DNA of 64,000 nucleotides from positions 18,304 through 82,303 of the forward strand of contig JBDWAR010000023.1 of assembly GCA_039978775.1 (NCBI GenBank), read 5' to 3'. Shown piece by piece: positions 27,572 to 38,525 of the stretch; within the stretch, counting starts at the first letter, position 1; each line of letters opens with the position of its first letter. The position numbers were made by a program, and so were the translations under genes. Under the pieces are notes generated by a model, which worked only from the letters and a program-made list of their open reading frames with translations, did no database searches and was not told the origin of the DNA. Origin of the DNA: Luteolibacter sp. Its GTDB lineage: Bacteria; Verrucomicrobiota; Verrucomicrobiia; Verrucomicrobiales; Akkermansiaceae.

Positions 27572-30500
27572 TTACTTCGGAGTCGAAGCGGCTTCGTGTC
27601 GCTCTTCTGCTGCCTCGAGTTCGGCGCGTTCTTTGGCGATGACGCGGACGAGCTTGCGGGCGGTGTTTTCCCAGTCGGCGAGGAGCTCGGCGGCTTGCTT
27701 TGAGCCGGTTTTTTCGAGGTGGAGTTCGATGAGCGCTTTGACCTCGGCGAAGTCCTGCGGACGGCGGATCGGCATGGCGACGACCATCTCGGTATTGACG
27801 CGGGAGTAGAATTTCCCATCGACGTCATAGACGTAGGCGGTGCCGCCGGACATGCCAGCGCCGAAGTTTTTGCCGGTGCGGCCGAGGATGGCGACGGTGC
27901 CGTTGGTCATGTATTCGCAGCCGTGGTCGCCCACGCCTTCGACGATGGCAGTGGATCCGGAGTTGCGGACGGCGAAGCGCTCTCCGGCGCGGCCGTTGGC
28001 GAAGAGGTATCCGCCGGTGGCTCCGTAGAGGCAGGTGTTTCCGGCGATGGAGTTCTTGGCAGCTTCGAACTTCGCATCGGGAGAGACGCGCAGGATGATT
28101 TCGCCGGAGGCCATGCCTTTGCCGACGTAGTCGTTCGCTTCCCCGATGAGCTCGAGGGTGACGCCGTTGACTAGGAAGGTGCCGAAGGATTGGCCGGCGG
28201 TGCCTTTGCAGGTGATGTGGATCGTGCCTGCTGGCAGGTCTTTGTTGCCAAAGATCTGGGCGATGCGTCCGGAGAGGCGGGTGCCGATGTTGCGGTCGGT
28301 GTTGAAGACATCGTAGGCGAGTTTCAGCGGGGCGCGGTCCGGTAGGAGGGTGATGGCCTCGAGGACTTCATCGCGGATGGAGCCTTCGCCATATTCCGGC
28401 ACTTCGGTCGGGGTGAGTCCGGCTGCTTTTGCAAGATCGCTGAGGATCGTGATATCGAGGGCGGTCTTAGCGATGCCGTCGTTGCGATCCATGCTGCGGA
28501 TGCGGGCGACTTCCGATTCCTTTTTATCGAAGGATTTCGCGACGGTAGGCACGACGTCCTTGAGGAGCTTGGAGAAGTCCAGGGTGTTCGCCTTCGGGTG
28601 TCCGGGGACCTCGCGCTGGACGAGCATGTCCGGATGGCCGATGAGATCATCGAGTTTGCGGATTCCGAGCTTGGCCATGATTTCGCGGGCTTCGTTGGCG
28701 ACTGCGTTGAAATAGTTGATGACCATTTCGGGCGTGCCCTTGAACTTAGCGCGGAACTTGGGATCGGTGGTGGCCACGCCGACTGGGCAGGTGTTGAGGT
28801 GGCACTTGCGCACGTAAACACAACCCATGGCGATCATGGCGGTGGTGCCGAAGTTGAATTGCTCGGCGCCGAGCATGGCGGCGATGACCACGTCGCGGCC
28901 GTTCTTGATGCCACCGTCGGTGCGGAGGATCACGCGGTCGCGCAGGTTGTTGATGATGAGGGTCTGCTGGGCTTCGGAGAGGCCGAGTTCCCACGGGGAT
29001 CCTGCATGCTTGGTGGAGGACAGCGGAGATGCGCCGGTGCCACCATCGTGTCCGGAGATCAGGATGTTATCGGCGGATGCCTTTGCGACACCTGCTGCGA
29101 CGGTGCCGACACCAGCTTCTGCTACTAGCTTCACCGTAATGCGCGCCGTCGGGTTCACTTCCTTGAGGTCGTGAATGAGCTGGGCGAGATCCTCGATGGA
29201 GTAGATGTCGTGGTGGGGAGGCGGAGAGATGAGCTGGACGCCTGGCTGGGTGTTGCGCAGGCGGGCGATGAGTGCGTTGACCTTGTGTCCGGGCAGCTGG
29301 CCGCCTTCGCCAGGCTTCGCACCCTGGGCCATCTTGATCTCAAGCTCGTCGGCATTGACGAGGTAGTGCGCGGAGACGCCGAAGCGGCCGGATGCGATCT
29401 GCTTGATGTAGGAGCGGGCAGAATCGCCGTTCGGGTAGGGCTTGAAGCGGATCGGGTCTTCGCCGCCTTCTCCTGAGTCGGATTTGCCGCCGATGCGGTT
29501 CATGGCGATCGCCAATGTTTCGTGGGCCTCAGGGGAGAGGGCACCGAGGGACATGGCTGCGGTGGTGAAACGGCGGCGGATGTCTTCGACGGGCTCGACT
29601 TCATCGAGTGGGATCGGGCCGGATGCTGCGGGGACGAAATTGAGCAGATCCTTGATGGCAACTGGATTGGTCTCTAGGGAAACGCGCACATATTCCTCGT
29701 AGTCCTCGGGTTTGCCGGATTTCACGTATTGGTGGAAGTTTTTGATGACTTCGGTGGTGAAGGCGTGGCGCTCACCGGTTTTGCGGTAGCGGTTGTAGCC
29801 GGGATCGCCGAGGTCGAGGGTTTCGCCCTCGGGAACTTCGGTTTCGTAAGCAGCCTTGTGGCGGATGATGGATTCCTCGGCGATTTCCTTGAAGGCGATG
29901 CCGCCGATCTGGGATGGCACGCCGGTGAAGGAGAAATCGACGACTTCTGAACCGATGCCGATGGCCTCGTAGGTTTGCGCGCCCTGATAGGAGTTGAGCA
30001 CGGAGATGCCCATTTTGGACATGATCTTGAGCAGGCCTTTTTCGAGGGCCTTGCGGTAGTTGGTCATCGCCTTCTGAGGCGTCATGCCCTCGCCGAGCTT
30101 GTTCTTGCCTTCATCAGAAGCCACGAGCTGGCGCACGGTGGCGTAGCCGAGATAAGGGACGACGGCGGTCGCGCCGAAGCCGAAGAGGCAGGCGATCTGG
30201 TGGACGTCGCGGGCTTCGCCGGTCTCGATGACCAGGGAGGCGCGCATGCGCTTACGGATGCGGTTGAGGTGGTGGTGGATGGTGCCGGTGCAGAGCAGTG
30301 CGGGGATGGGCACACGCTCGGGGGAGGTGGCACGATCCGAGAGGATGATGATCGAAATTTTCTGATTCACCGCTTCCTCGACTTCTGAGCAGATTTCATC
30401 GAGGCGGGCTTTCATGCCATCGGCGCCAGTTGAGGCGTCCCAGGTGCAGTCTGCGACGTAGGATGGGAAGCCGTGCTCGCCCATGTGGGTGATTTTTTCG

Positions 30501-32239
30501 AGCTCGTGCTCGAAGAGGATCGCGGAGTCCAAGGAGATGGATTTGCAGTGAGTCGGGCCTTCCTCAAGGAGGTTGCGCTCAGGGCCGAGGCCGGCAGCGA
30601 GGGACATGACCGCCCATTCGCGGATCGGATCGATCGGTGGGTTGGTGACCTGTGCGAAGCGCTGCTTGAAGTAAGTCGGCAGCAGGCGCGGGTAGGAGGA
30701 AAGAACGGCGAGGGGGATGTCATCGCCCATCGAGAAGACCGCTTCCTGCGCACCCTTGATCATCGGTGGGAAAACCATGTCGAGCTCCTCGATGGAGATC
30801 GCGTTGGCGACTTGGCGGCGCGAGAGATCGAGCGCTTCGATTTCGATTTCCGGAACGTGGGCGGAAGGAGAGATGAATTTGCGGAGTTCGAGGCGGTTTT
30901 CATCGATCCAGCGGCGGTAAGGCTTCTGGCGAGCGAGCTCTTCCTTGATCTCATGGTCGGTTTTGAAAGTGCCGGTGGAGGTATCTGCGGAGAGCATTTG
31001 GCCGGGGCCGAGACGGCCTTTGCGGATGACCTTTGCATCATCGAAGACGACGGCGCCAGTTTCCGAACCGATGTATAGGAAACCATCCGAGGTGATCTTG
31101 AAGCGGGAAGGGCGCAGGCCGTTGCGGTCGAGGGATGCGCAGAGCTTGGTGCCATCTGTGAAGACGAGGCCGGCTGGGCCGTCCCATGGCTCGGAGAAGG
31201 AGCGGATGTATTGGTAGAAGGCGCGGAGCTCGTCGGAGATTTCCTCGTCGTTGCGGTAGGCGGGCGGGACGAGCATGCACATGGAGTGCTCGAGGGAGCG
31301 CCCGGAAAGGACGAGGAGTTCGAGGCAGTGATCGAGGGAAGCGGAATCGGACTCACCGTGGCGGATGAGGTTTTTCACGATATCGATTTCATCGCCCCAG
31401 ACAGGGGACTCGAAGAATTCCTCACGTGAGGTCATCCAGTTGCGGTTGCCCTCGACGGTGTTGATCTCGCCGTTATGGCACATCATGCGGAACGGTTGTC
31501 CGAGAGGCCATGCGGGGAAGGTGTTGGTGGAGAAGCGCTGGTGATAGAGGCAGATCGCGGTTTGGAAATCGGGATCGGTGAGATCCGCGTAGAAGGCGCG
31601 GAGTGCCTGCGGCATGGCGAGCGCCTTGTAAGAGATGAGGCGGCTGGAGAAAGACGGCATGTAGAAGCCGTGGACTTCCTTGGTCGCGTGTTCGATTTCG
31701 CGGCGGCAGAGGTAGAGTTTGCGTTCGAATTCGAGCGGCTCCATGCCCTCGGGCTTAAGCATCAGGAGGTGCTCGATATGTGGGCGGGATTTTTGAGCGA
31801 TCTTTCCGAGGGCGTCGATATCGACCGGGACCTCGCGCCAGCCGATGGCCGTGATGTTGCGCTTGGCAAGGGTGGCGGCGGTGATTTTCTTGATCGAAGC
31901 GGCCTGTGGTTCGTCACCTTGTGGGAAAAAGTAAACCGCGACCGCGAGATCGGCGGGGTCTGCGACTTTGGTGCCGAGTTTTTCAGCGGCCTTCGCGAAG
32001 AGCGGGAAAGGGATTTGGGAGAGGATGCCGGATCCGTCGCCGGTTTTCATGTCAGCATCGACCGCGCCGCGGTGCATCATGCAGGAGACCGAGGTGAGTG
32101 CGTGGTCGAGGACTTCAAAGGAACGTTTGCCTTCCAGGTGCGCGATGGCGCCCATGCCGCAGTTGTCGTGTTCTTGAGAAAGGCTGTGAAGGGAGCCTGG
32201 GACGAGCGGGGTGCTGGAATGGTAGAAAGGATTAGTCAT
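27572..32239 (-). CDS. gltB: Glutamate synthase large subunit
   Basis: EHDNCGMG (N-terminal nucleophile Cys), HQRFSTNT, HNGEINT, EPWDGPA, SGEGGED, IKMAQGAKPGEGGQLPG, CHLNTCPVG, GXGXG repeats. Confidence 0.98.
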   Translation of the reverse strand: MTNPFYHSSTPLVPGSLHSLSQEHDNCGMGAIAHLEGKRSFEVLDHALTSVSCMMHRGAVDADMKTGDGSGILSQIPFPLFAKAAEKLGTKVADPADLAVAVYFFPQGDEPQAASIKKITAATLAKRNITAIGWREVPVDIDALGKIAQKSRPHIEHLLMLKPEGMEPLEFERKLYLCRREIEHATKEVHGFYMPSFSSRLISYKALAMPQALRAFYADLTDPDFQTAICLYHQRFSTNTFPAWPLGQPFRMMCHNGEINTVEGNRNWMTSREEFFESPVWGDEIDIVKNLIRHGESDSASLDHCLELLVLSGRSLEHSMCMLVPPAYRNDEEISDELRAFYQYIRSFSEPWDGPAGLVFTDGTKLCASLDRNGLRPSRFKITSDGFLYIGSETGAVVFDDAKVIRKGRLGPGQMLSADTSTGTFKTDHEIKEELARQKPYRRWIDENRLELRKFISPSAHVPEIEIEALDLSRRQVANAISIEELDMVFPPMIKGAQEAVFSMGDDIPLAVLSSYPRLLPTYFKQRFAQVTNPPIDPIREWAVMSLAAGLGPERNLLEEGPTHCKSISLDSAILFEHELEKITHMGEHGFPSYVADCTWDASTGADGMKARLDEICSEVEEAVNQKISIIILSDRATSPERVPIPALLCTGTIHHHLNRIRKRMRASLVIETGEARDVHQIACLFGFGATAVVPYLGYATVRQLVASDEGKNKLGEGMTPQKAMTNYRKALEKGLLKIMSKMGISVLNSYQGAQTYEAIGIGSEVVDFSFTGVPSQIGGIAFKEIAEESIIRHKAAYETEVPEGETLDLGDPGYNRYRKTGERHAFTTEVIKNFHQYVKSGKPEDYEEYVRVSLETNPVAIKDLLNFVPAASGPIPLDEVEPVEDIRRRFTTAAMSLGALSPEAHETLAIAMNRIGGKSDSGEGGEDPIRFKPYPNGDSARSYIKQIASGRFGVSAHYLVNADELEIKMAQGAKPGEGGQLPGHKVNALIARLRNTQPGVQLISPPPHHDIYSIEDLAQLIHDLKEVNPTARITVKLVAEAGVGTVAAGVAKASADNILISGHDGGTGASPLSSTKHAGSPWELGLSEAQQTLIINNLRDRVILRTDGGIKNGRDVVIAAMLGAEQFNFGTTAMIAMGCVYVRKCHLNTCPVGVATTDPKFRAKFKGTPEMVINYFNAVANEAREIMAKLGIRKLDDLIGHPDMLVQREVPGHPKANTLDFSKLLKDVVPTVAKSFDKKESEVARIRSMDRNDGIAKTALDITILSDLAKAAGLTPTEVPEYGEGSIRDEVLEAITLLPDRAPLKLAYDVFNTDRNIGTRLSGRIAQIFGNKDLPAGTIHITCKGTAGQSFGTFLVNGVTLELIGEANDYVGKGMASGEIILRVSPDAKFEAAKNSIAGNTCLYGATGGYLFANGRAGERFAVRNSGSTAIVEGVGDHGCEYMTNGTVAILGRTGKNFGAGMSGGTAYVYDVDGKFYSRVNTEMVVAMPIRRPQDFAEVKALIELHLEKTGSKQAAELLADWENTARKLVRVIAKERAELEAAEERHEAASTPK

Positions 32240-32310
32240 GAGAGGCGCGGGGAATTAAGAACAGGAGGGCGTGACGGACAAGCAGGAATTGTTCCCGCAA
32301 CTGAGCCGAG

Positions 32311-32342
32311 AAAATTTAAGCTCGAAGTTCTAAACCTCAAGT
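32311..32342. repeat. Degenerate 7-mer tandem repeat
   Basis: AAAATTT AAGCTCG AAGTTCT AAACCTC AAG about 70 nt upstream of gltB. Confidence 0.6.
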
Positions 32343-32435
32343 CGGAGTGTGCTGGCACACCCCGAGACGGGGATTGCACGGCCCCTACGACAATCTCATA
32401 GCAGGCTGCCCCGAGATGGTGCAGCTACGCAGGAC

Positions 32436-33155
32436 TTACCTGAGGCCTTTGAGGGCTTTGGCGCTGGGCTTTTTGAAGACCAGATCGGTGATGGATTGGC
32501 GGCGGCCGTTGTTGGGGTCGTGGGTGGCGACCTGCATTTTCTCGAGCACCCATACGCCATCGCCGACTTTCATGACGTCTTCGACCTGGAATTCCTTCAC
32601 GAGCGTACCGTTTTTGTCGTGGCCACGGATGCGCATGAAGGCGCCGTATTTCGTGTGGATCCAGACATAAACGCCTTCGTAGCGGCCGGGAGCACCGCCG
32701 GGTTTGTTGAGGCGCAGACGGTAGCATTCCTCGGTTCCGACCCTTTCGGTGCCTTCGAGTTTGGGATTCGGCCAGTAGAAGAAACGCAGGGCGAGATCTT
32801 CGTAGGTCATATCGGTGCCGGCGACGGATTCGGTCATTTTGTTTCTCGGGAAGTCCCGGGTTTTTCCATCGATGATCTCGAAGAGGTCGTATTTGTCATC
32901 GGCGAGGCGCATGTGGAAGACTCGCCATTTCTTGTTCTCATAATACTGGAACTGAATGTTTTTGCCCTTGAGGAAGATTGTGATGGGGATTTTCCGCCCG
33001 TTGTGGGAGAGGTAGCCCTCCAGGCCTTCGTCGAGCTCGGTGAGGGTGGCAGAGAGGCGGGCACCTTCGAGGATGCGATTGGCATCCTGAGCGTGAGCGA
33101 CGAAAGGAGCGGCGGTAGCGAGAATGGCCGTGGCGAGAACGATAAGTTTTTTCAT
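32436..33155 (-). CDS. Outer-membrane lipoprotein-sorting (LolA-like) protein
   Basis: Signal peptide; SVAGTDMTYEDL, EECYRLRL, YEGVYVWI. Confidence 0.7.
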   Translation of the reverse strand: MKKLIVLATAILATAAPFVAHAQDANRILEGARLSATLTELDEGLEGYLSHNGRKIPITIFLKGKNIQFQYYENKKWRVFHMRLADDKYDLFEIIDGKTRDFPRNKMTESVAGTDMTYEDLALRFFYWPNPKLEGTERVGTEECYRLRLNKPGGAPGRYEGVYVWIHTKYGAFMRIRGHDKNGTLVKEFQVEDVMKVGDGVWVLEKMQVATHDPNNGRRQSITDLVFKKPSAKALKGLR

Positions 33156-33318
33156 GGGATGAAGTTAGATGATATGCGCACTTGGACAACCCCGGGAGCG
33201 AAAAGATTCAATTGGGTTTGCCGAGGCGTTTTTTTATTTTCGATGCGTCGGCACGAAAAAGCCCGCGATGACAGGCATGCGCGGGCATGGAGAAATTTTT
33301 TCTACTGAGGAAAAGTGC

Positions 33319-34245
33319 TCAGTAGGAGTGGGATCCACGGGTGTGTGGATCCGGGTCTGTCACCGGAGGATGCGGTGGCGGTGGCGGGAAGCTGATGAAA
33401 GGCTTGTCGAGCGGGTTAGGCAGTCTTTCGGGAGGAGTGACCGAAGCCACTGCATCTTTCGCGTCCTTGCCGCTTTTGGAGTCCTTTGCGCTGTAGCTGC
33501 TGTCGCCGCGGTTCGGATCGAGCTTTGCGAGAACCGCTTGCACGTTGGGAAGTGCTTCGGGAAGTGCGGCGATCGCGCACTGAGAGATCATGCGCATAGC
33601 ATCGGGATTGGCCGTGATGGCTACCTCGGCGATGTTACCGACCAGTTCCGGATCTGCACCGGAGGTGATGATCGCGGCTTTCACGATTTCACAGGAGCAG
33701 TTTGGATTGGCAGTTATCTCTGCCTCGACGATTTCGAGAACTTTCGAAAGGTCGACTTCGATGCGGTGACCGACCGAGAGAGAGAGAGCGTCGCAGTCGA
33801 CGGAGTCTTCGGAAGGTTTTTGGTAAGCTGCGGAGAGCTCTGCAAGGCCTGCTTGGATTCCGGATGCCTGCTCGGCAGAGACTTGCACCTTGATGCGAGT
33901 GGCATTGCGATAGGCTGAGGTTTCCTCAAGCACGGAGAGATCCAACACGTTTTTAGTGCTCTTCGCGGAAGCGGTGCGGGTGCTGAGAGTCAGGGCGTCC
34001 TGATTCACGAAAACCGGTTTGCTTTCGGAAAGATCGCCCTTGGATTTCCGGACGGTAGGCAGTTGGAGCACACCACTGAGAGCTTTGTCTGCTGCAAACG
34101 ATGGCTTTTCTGGTGAGTAAACGCCTTCGGTTTTCTCACTAGCTGCGGTTTTATCGAGTGGGACTTCGATCAATTGCGCACTTGCCGGAAGGGCGCAGCA
34201 CAGGCTGATCAGGAAGGCCACGTTGGGGGAGACGTGAATTTTCAT
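33319..34245 (-). CDS. Exported hypothetical protein with helical repeats and Pro-rich tail
   Basis: Signal peptide; VLEIVEAEITANPNCSCEIVKAAI...; tail FPPPPPHPP. Confidence 0.7.
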   Translation of the reverse strand: MKIHVSPNVAFLISLCCALPASAQLIEVPLDKTAASEKTEGVYSPEKPSFAADKALSGVLQLPTVRKSKGDLSESKPVFVNQDALTLSTRTASAKSTKNVLDLSVLEETSAYRNATRIKVQVSAEQASGIQAGLAELSAAYQKPSEDSVDCDALSLSVGHRIEVDLSKVLEIVEAEITANPNCSCEIVKAAIITSGADPELVGNIAEVAITANPDAMRMISQCAIAALPEALPNVQAVLAKLDPNRGDSSYSAKDSKSGKDAKDAVASVTPPERLPNPLDKPFISFPPPPPHPPVTDPDPHTRGSHSY

Positions 34246-34412
34246 AGGGTATATGGGTGAACACGTTGTTTATCCCCCAAAAATACGCTTCGTTCAAGGG
34301 AAATTTTAAAGATCTCGGTAAAAGTTTAATTTAAATTTATCCAGATGGTCGGGATTTACTGATATTTGAGATCTCCGTAATAAATGGTCGTGCGTTTTCT
34401 GTGATGCAGTGA

Positions 34413-36599
34413 TCAGCGTGCGGAAATGGAAACCGCGCAGGCCTTGTAGTTGGGCTGTCGAGAATGTGGATCGAAGGAGCTGTGGGTGAGTCGGTTAACC
34501 TCCGGATAATGCATGGGGATGAAAATCTGCCCTTGCTGGACGGTGGGAGCGATGTAAGCCGAGGCCTCCAAGTTCCCCCTGCGAGAAGCGATGTGGAGTA
34601 TCTGGCGGTCTGAAACGCCGAGTTTTCCGGCGTCGAGCGGGTGGATTTCCACGTAAATATTCTCGGGGTAGAGTTTTTTGAGGAGCGAGGATTTCGAGGT
34701 GCGGGATTGGGTGTGCCACTGGCTGCTGGTGCCCCGGCCGGTGAGGAGCAGGAACGGGTATAGCTCATCGGGAGGCTCCGGCATCTCGGCGGGAGGGGAG
34801 AAGTGGATTTTGGCCTTTCCGGACGCGGTGTAGAATTTGCCATCGGCAAAGAGTCGGCGTTCTGGGGTTTCATCAGGAGATTTCTCCGGAAACGGCCACT
34901 GGATGCCGCCCATCTCGTCGATGTGATCGTAGTCCCTGACGCCGGTGATGTCGCATGGCTGGTCGGCGGAAATTTCCCGCAGGAGTCCGAAGGCCGCTTC
35001 TGGGTGGGTCCATTTCTTGAAATGTTCGCCGCAGCCCCATGCATCGGCGATGAGGCGGAAGATGCGGAAATCGGTGAGTGCTTGGCCGGGAGCCTTACGC
35101 ACTGGCTTGATGTTGCCGATGCGGCGCTCCGAGTTGATGAAGCAGCCATCCTTTTCGCCCCATGCGGCGGCGGGGAGGACAAGATCGGCGAGGCGTGCCG
35201 ATTCCGTGGTGTGGTACATGTCCTGGACGACGAGGAAATCGAGGTTGGCGCGGAGCTTGGCGATTTTTTCGGAGTCGACCCAGGAGTGGAAAGGATTGGT
35301 GGCGATGATCCAGAGGCCTTTGATTTTTCCCTCGGTGACGGCATCGAGGATTTCGTCGTAGGCGAGGGATGTCTGGGAGGTGATGTTTTCGTAGGGGATT
35401 TCGAGGATGTCCGAGATCTTGCGGCGGTGAGTCTCGTTGGCGAAGTCGTGGCCACCGACTAGACTTGTAGTATTTGAGAAAAGACGCGAGCCCATGGCAT
35501 TGCATTGGCCGGTGACAGAGTTCGGGCCAGTGCCGGGTTTGCCGATGTTGCCGGTGATGAGGCAGAGGTTGATGATGGCCTGGGCGGTGCGGGTGCCTTC
35601 GTAGGATTGGTTTACACCCATGGTCCACCACCAGGAAACGCGCTTTTCCGGATCGGAAACGGTGAGAGCGAGCGCTTCGATGGCTGCGGTGCTGAGGCCG
35701 GTTTTTTCCGAGACTGAGGCAGGGGAGTAATCTTTTACGAACTCTGAGAATGCCTCGATGCCTTCGGTGTTGGCGATGGATGTGGCGTCGATGCGACCGT
35801 CGCGCAGGATGCAATGGGTGATAGCGTAGAGCAGGGCGAGATCGCCTTTGGGCTTGAGCGCGACGTGTCGGGTGGCGGCTTGGGCGGTTTCGGTCGCGCG
35901 GGGATCGATAACAATGATTTCTGGTGAACGCTTATTTCGCATCACCCGCTGCCAGAGGATGGGGTGGGCGATGCAGAGATTTGCGCCGACGAGGACGATG
36001 ACATCACTTTCCTCGAAATCCGCGTAGGCACCCGGAGGGGCGTCGAATCCGAAAGACTGCTTGTAGGCGGTCGCGGCGGTGGCCATGCACTGGCGGGTGT
36101 TGGCATCGGCATTGATGAAGCCCATGCCGAATTTGAACAGGCAGCCGAGAAAGGCCATTTCCTCGAAAGGGATCTGGCCGGTGGAGAGGAAGGCGACCGA
36201 CTCCGGGCCGTGCTTCTCTTTGATGGATTTGAAATGGCTGGTGAAGGCATTGAGCGCGGTTTGCCAATCGGTCTCGACAAGTTTCCCCGACTCATCCCGC
36301 AGCAGGGGGGCGGTGGCGCGGTCGGGGGAGTCGAGCGGATCGAGTGCCTGCCAGCCTTTAGGGCAGGCCATGCCGAGGTTGACCGGATAACTCGCCTGCG
36401 GGGAGAGATTGATGGCCCGCCCATTTTCATCGAGATGGAGCTTCAGCTGGCAGCCGGTGGCGCAGTAGCCGCAGATCGAAGTGGTGGTGGAGACGGGTGC
36501 GAGCCGGGCAGGGATTTTCCCGAGGCCGAAGCGGCCGGGCTCCTGGACGAGATCTTCGGTAAGCGGCCCGGTGTGGGATTTCAGAGAGAAAAGGGACAT
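34413..36599 (-). CDS. nasA: Assimilatory nitrate reductase catalytic subunit (NasA/NarB type, Mo-bisMGD)
   Basis: CGYCATGC...CPKG 4Fe-4S motif, [55 protein letters not shown]. Confidence 0.92.
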   Translation of the reverse strand: MSLFSLKSHTGPLTEDLVQEPGRFGLGKIPARLAPVSTTTSICGYCATGCQLKLHLDENGRAINLSPQASYPVNLGMACPKGWQALDPLDSPDRATAPLLRDESGKLVETDWQTALNAFTSHFKSIKEKHGPESVAFLSTGQIPFEEMAFLGCLFKFGMGFINADANTRQCMATAATAYKQSFGFDAPPGAYADFEESDVIVLVGANLCIAHPILWQRVMRNKRSPEIIVIDPRATETAQAATRHVALKPKGDLALLYAITHCILRDGRIDATSIANTEGIEAFSEFVKDYSPASVSEKTGLSTAAIEALALTVSDPEKRVSWWWTMGVNQSYEGTRTAQAIINLCLITGNIGKPGTGPNSVTGQCNAMGSRLFSNTTSLVGGHDFANETHRRKISDILEIPYENITSQTSLAYDEILDAVTEGKIKGLWIIATNPFHSWVDSEKIAKLRANLDFLVVQDMYHTTESARLADLVLPAAAWGEKDGCFINSERRIGNIKPVRKAPGQALTDFRIFRLIADAWGCGEHFKKWTHPEAAFGLLREISADQPCDITGVRDYDHIDEMGGIQWPFPEKSPDETPERRLFADGKFYTASGKAKIHFSPPAEMPEPPDELYPFLLLTGRGTSSQWHTQSRTSKSSLLKKLYPENIYVEIHPLDAGKLGVSDRQILHIASRRGNLEASAYIAPTVQQGQIFIPMHYPEVNRLTHSSFDPHSRQPNYKACAVSISAR

Positions 36600-36741
36600 G
36601 CGTTCCCATGAGAAATAGCAGTTGACGTGCGCGAAGACAGCGGAAAGCGGCAGGACGGTAGGTAATTACCTCACCGGAGAGATGAGGGGGATTCATCCGT
36701 TGGGAAAGTGGCGTCCGTGGGAAAAGTTTCCACGGGAAAAA

Positions 36742-36817
36742 TGGTGGAGCGTAGCGGATTCGAACCGCTGACCCCTTGCATGCCATGCAAGTGCTCTACC
36801 AACTGAGCTAACGCCCC
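36742..36817 (-). tRNA. tRNA-Ala(GGC)
   Basis: Reverse complement GGGGCGTTAGCTCAGTTGGTAGAGCACTTGCATGGCATGCAAGGGGTCAGCGGTTCGAATCCGCTACGCTCCACCA, 76 nt with CCA. Confidence 0.97.
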
Positions 36818-36973
36818 GTTACCGGGTGGCTCCTTATCGGAGCGGGGCGAATGTTTAGGTGAGGGGATGCCGGGATGGCAAGAGTAATTTAGGAGAAATC
36901 ATCGCCGCGGCCCCGGCGCGTCCTTTCTTCTAGCCAAGTGCGGCATTTCAAAGGAAAGTCATGGAAGTAATTT

Positions 36974-38452
36974 ATGAGTGCAAAAACGAAGAAGCCGGTC
37001 GCTAGAGAGTTGTTGTTCGGAGATCTATGGGAGTTTGATCCTGCTCCTGAATCGGCGCCTGCGGAGATCGCGGAACGTTACGGTCTCTTTATCGGCGGTG
37101 AGTTCGTAGCTCCGAAGTCCAAGAAATATTTTGATTCGATCAGCCCCCGCAATGAGGAGAAGCTTTCCGAGATTGCGATGGCCAACAAAGCGGACGTGGA
37201 TGCGGCATACGCAGCGGCGGCGAAGGCTGCACCGGGATGGGCCAAGCTTTCCGGCGCGGAGCGTGGCAAATATCTCTATCGTCTTGCACGCTTGTTGCAG
37301 GACAGGGCTCGGGAATTTGCGGTGGCGGAAACCCTGGATGGCGGGAAGCCGATTCGTGAGGCGCGCGACTTCGACGTGCCGATGGCCGCTGCACATTTCT
37401 TCTATCATGCGGGTTGGGCGGATAAGCTCGACTACGCGGCGCCCGGCCGGAACCTCGCGCCGCTCGGCGTGGTGGGTCAGGTGATCCCGTGGAATTTCCC
37501 GCTGCTGATGCTCGCGTGGAAATTGGCTCCAGCACTGGCTCTTGGGAATACTGTGGTGCTCAAACCTGCGGAAACGACTTCCATCACTGCCCTCAAATTT
37601 GCGGAGCTGATCCGCGATGCGGGGCTGCCTCCCGGCGTGGTCAACATCGTGACCGGCGCGGGTGAGACCGGTGGTGCGATCGTGACTCATCCGACCGCCG
37701 CGAAGATCGCTTTCACGGGATCGACCGGAGTTGGGAAATGGATCCAGCGCGAGCTTGCGGGCACTGGGAAACGGCTGACGCTGGAGCTCGGCGGCAAGGG
37801 CGCGAATATTGTTTTCGAAGATGCAGCCATCGATCAGGCGGTTGAAGGCATCATCAACGGGATTTTCTTCAACCAAGGCCACGTGTGCTGCGCGGGCTCG
37901 CGTCTGCTGGTGCAGGAGAGCATCGAAGGCGAGGTGATGCGCAAGCTGAAGCTGCGTATGAAATCCCTACGAGTCGGCGATCCGCTCGACAAGAATACCG
38001 ACATCGGCGCGATCAACTCGAAGCGCCAGTGGGAACGCATCACCGAGCTGGTGGGCGATGGGGTCAAGGAAGGTGCGGAGATTTTCCAACCCGAGTGCAA
38101 GCTGCCGAAGAAAGGTTTCTACTACGCCCCGACCCTTCTCAGTGGGGTGACCCAGAGCCACAAAGTCGTCAAAGAAGAGATCTTCGGGCCGGTGCTTTCC
38201 ATCCTCACTTTCCGGACGCCAGAGGAGGCGGTGGAAAAGGCGAACAACACCGCTTACGGCCTGAGCGCCGGGGTGTGGACCGACAAGGGATCGAAGTATC
38301 TCCAGATCGCGACGCAGCTGAAATCCGGCGTGGTGTGGGGCAACTCGTTCAACAAGTTTGATCCGACTTCACCGTTCGGTGGTTTCAAGGAATCCGGGTT
38401 CGGACGCGAGGGCGGACGGCAGGGGCTGCTGGAATACGGGGAGCTCGTTTAG
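36974..38452 (+). CDS. NAD-dependent aldehyde dehydrogenase
   Basis: IPWNFPLLM, LKPAETT, FTGST, LELGGK, FFNQGHVCCAGSR, EEIFGPV, PFGGFKESG.GRE. Confidence 0.95.
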   Translation: MSAKTKKPVARELLFGDLWEFDPAPESAPAEIAERYGLFIGGEFVAPKSKKYFDSISPRNEEKLSEIAMANKADVDAAYAAAAKAAPGWAKLSGAERGKYLYRLARLLQDRAREFAVAETLDGGKPIREARDFDVPMAAAHFFYHAGWADKLDYAAPGRNLAPLGVVGQVIPWNFPLLMLAWKLAPALALGNTVVLKPAETTSITALKFAELIRDAGLPPGVVNIVTGAGETGGAIVTHPTAAKIAFTGSTGVGKWIQRELAGTGKRLTLELGGKGANIVFEDAAIDQAVEGIINGIFFNQGHVCCAGSRLLVQESIEGEVMRKLKLRMKSLRVGDPLDKNTDIGAINSKRQWERITELVGDGVKEGAEIFQPECKLPKKGFYYAPTLLSGVTQSHKVVKEEIFGPVLSILTFRTPEEAVEKANNTAYGLSAGVWTDKGSKYLQIATQLKSGVVWGNSFNKFDPTSPFGGFKESGFGREGGRQGLLEYGELV

Positions 38453-38472
38453 AAAGCCAGCACACAAACATG

Positions 38473-38507
38473 AAAAAGCCCTGCCGGGTTGATCCGGCAG
38501 GGCGTTT
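38473..38507. terminator. Bidirectional terminator
   Basis: AAAAA-GCCCTGCCGG-GTTGAT-CCGGCAGGGC-GTTT between convergent genes. Confidence 0.8.
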
Positions 38508-38525
38508 CGAAATTGGCGAATCTGC

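Noticed and set aside
36427-36786. ORF beginning MACKGSAVRIRYAPP
   Set aside because: It is a translation of tRNA-Ala and overlaps nasA.
36742-36817. tRNA-Ala as an integration site
   Set aside because: No integrase and no duplicated tRNA 3' end were seen in the window.
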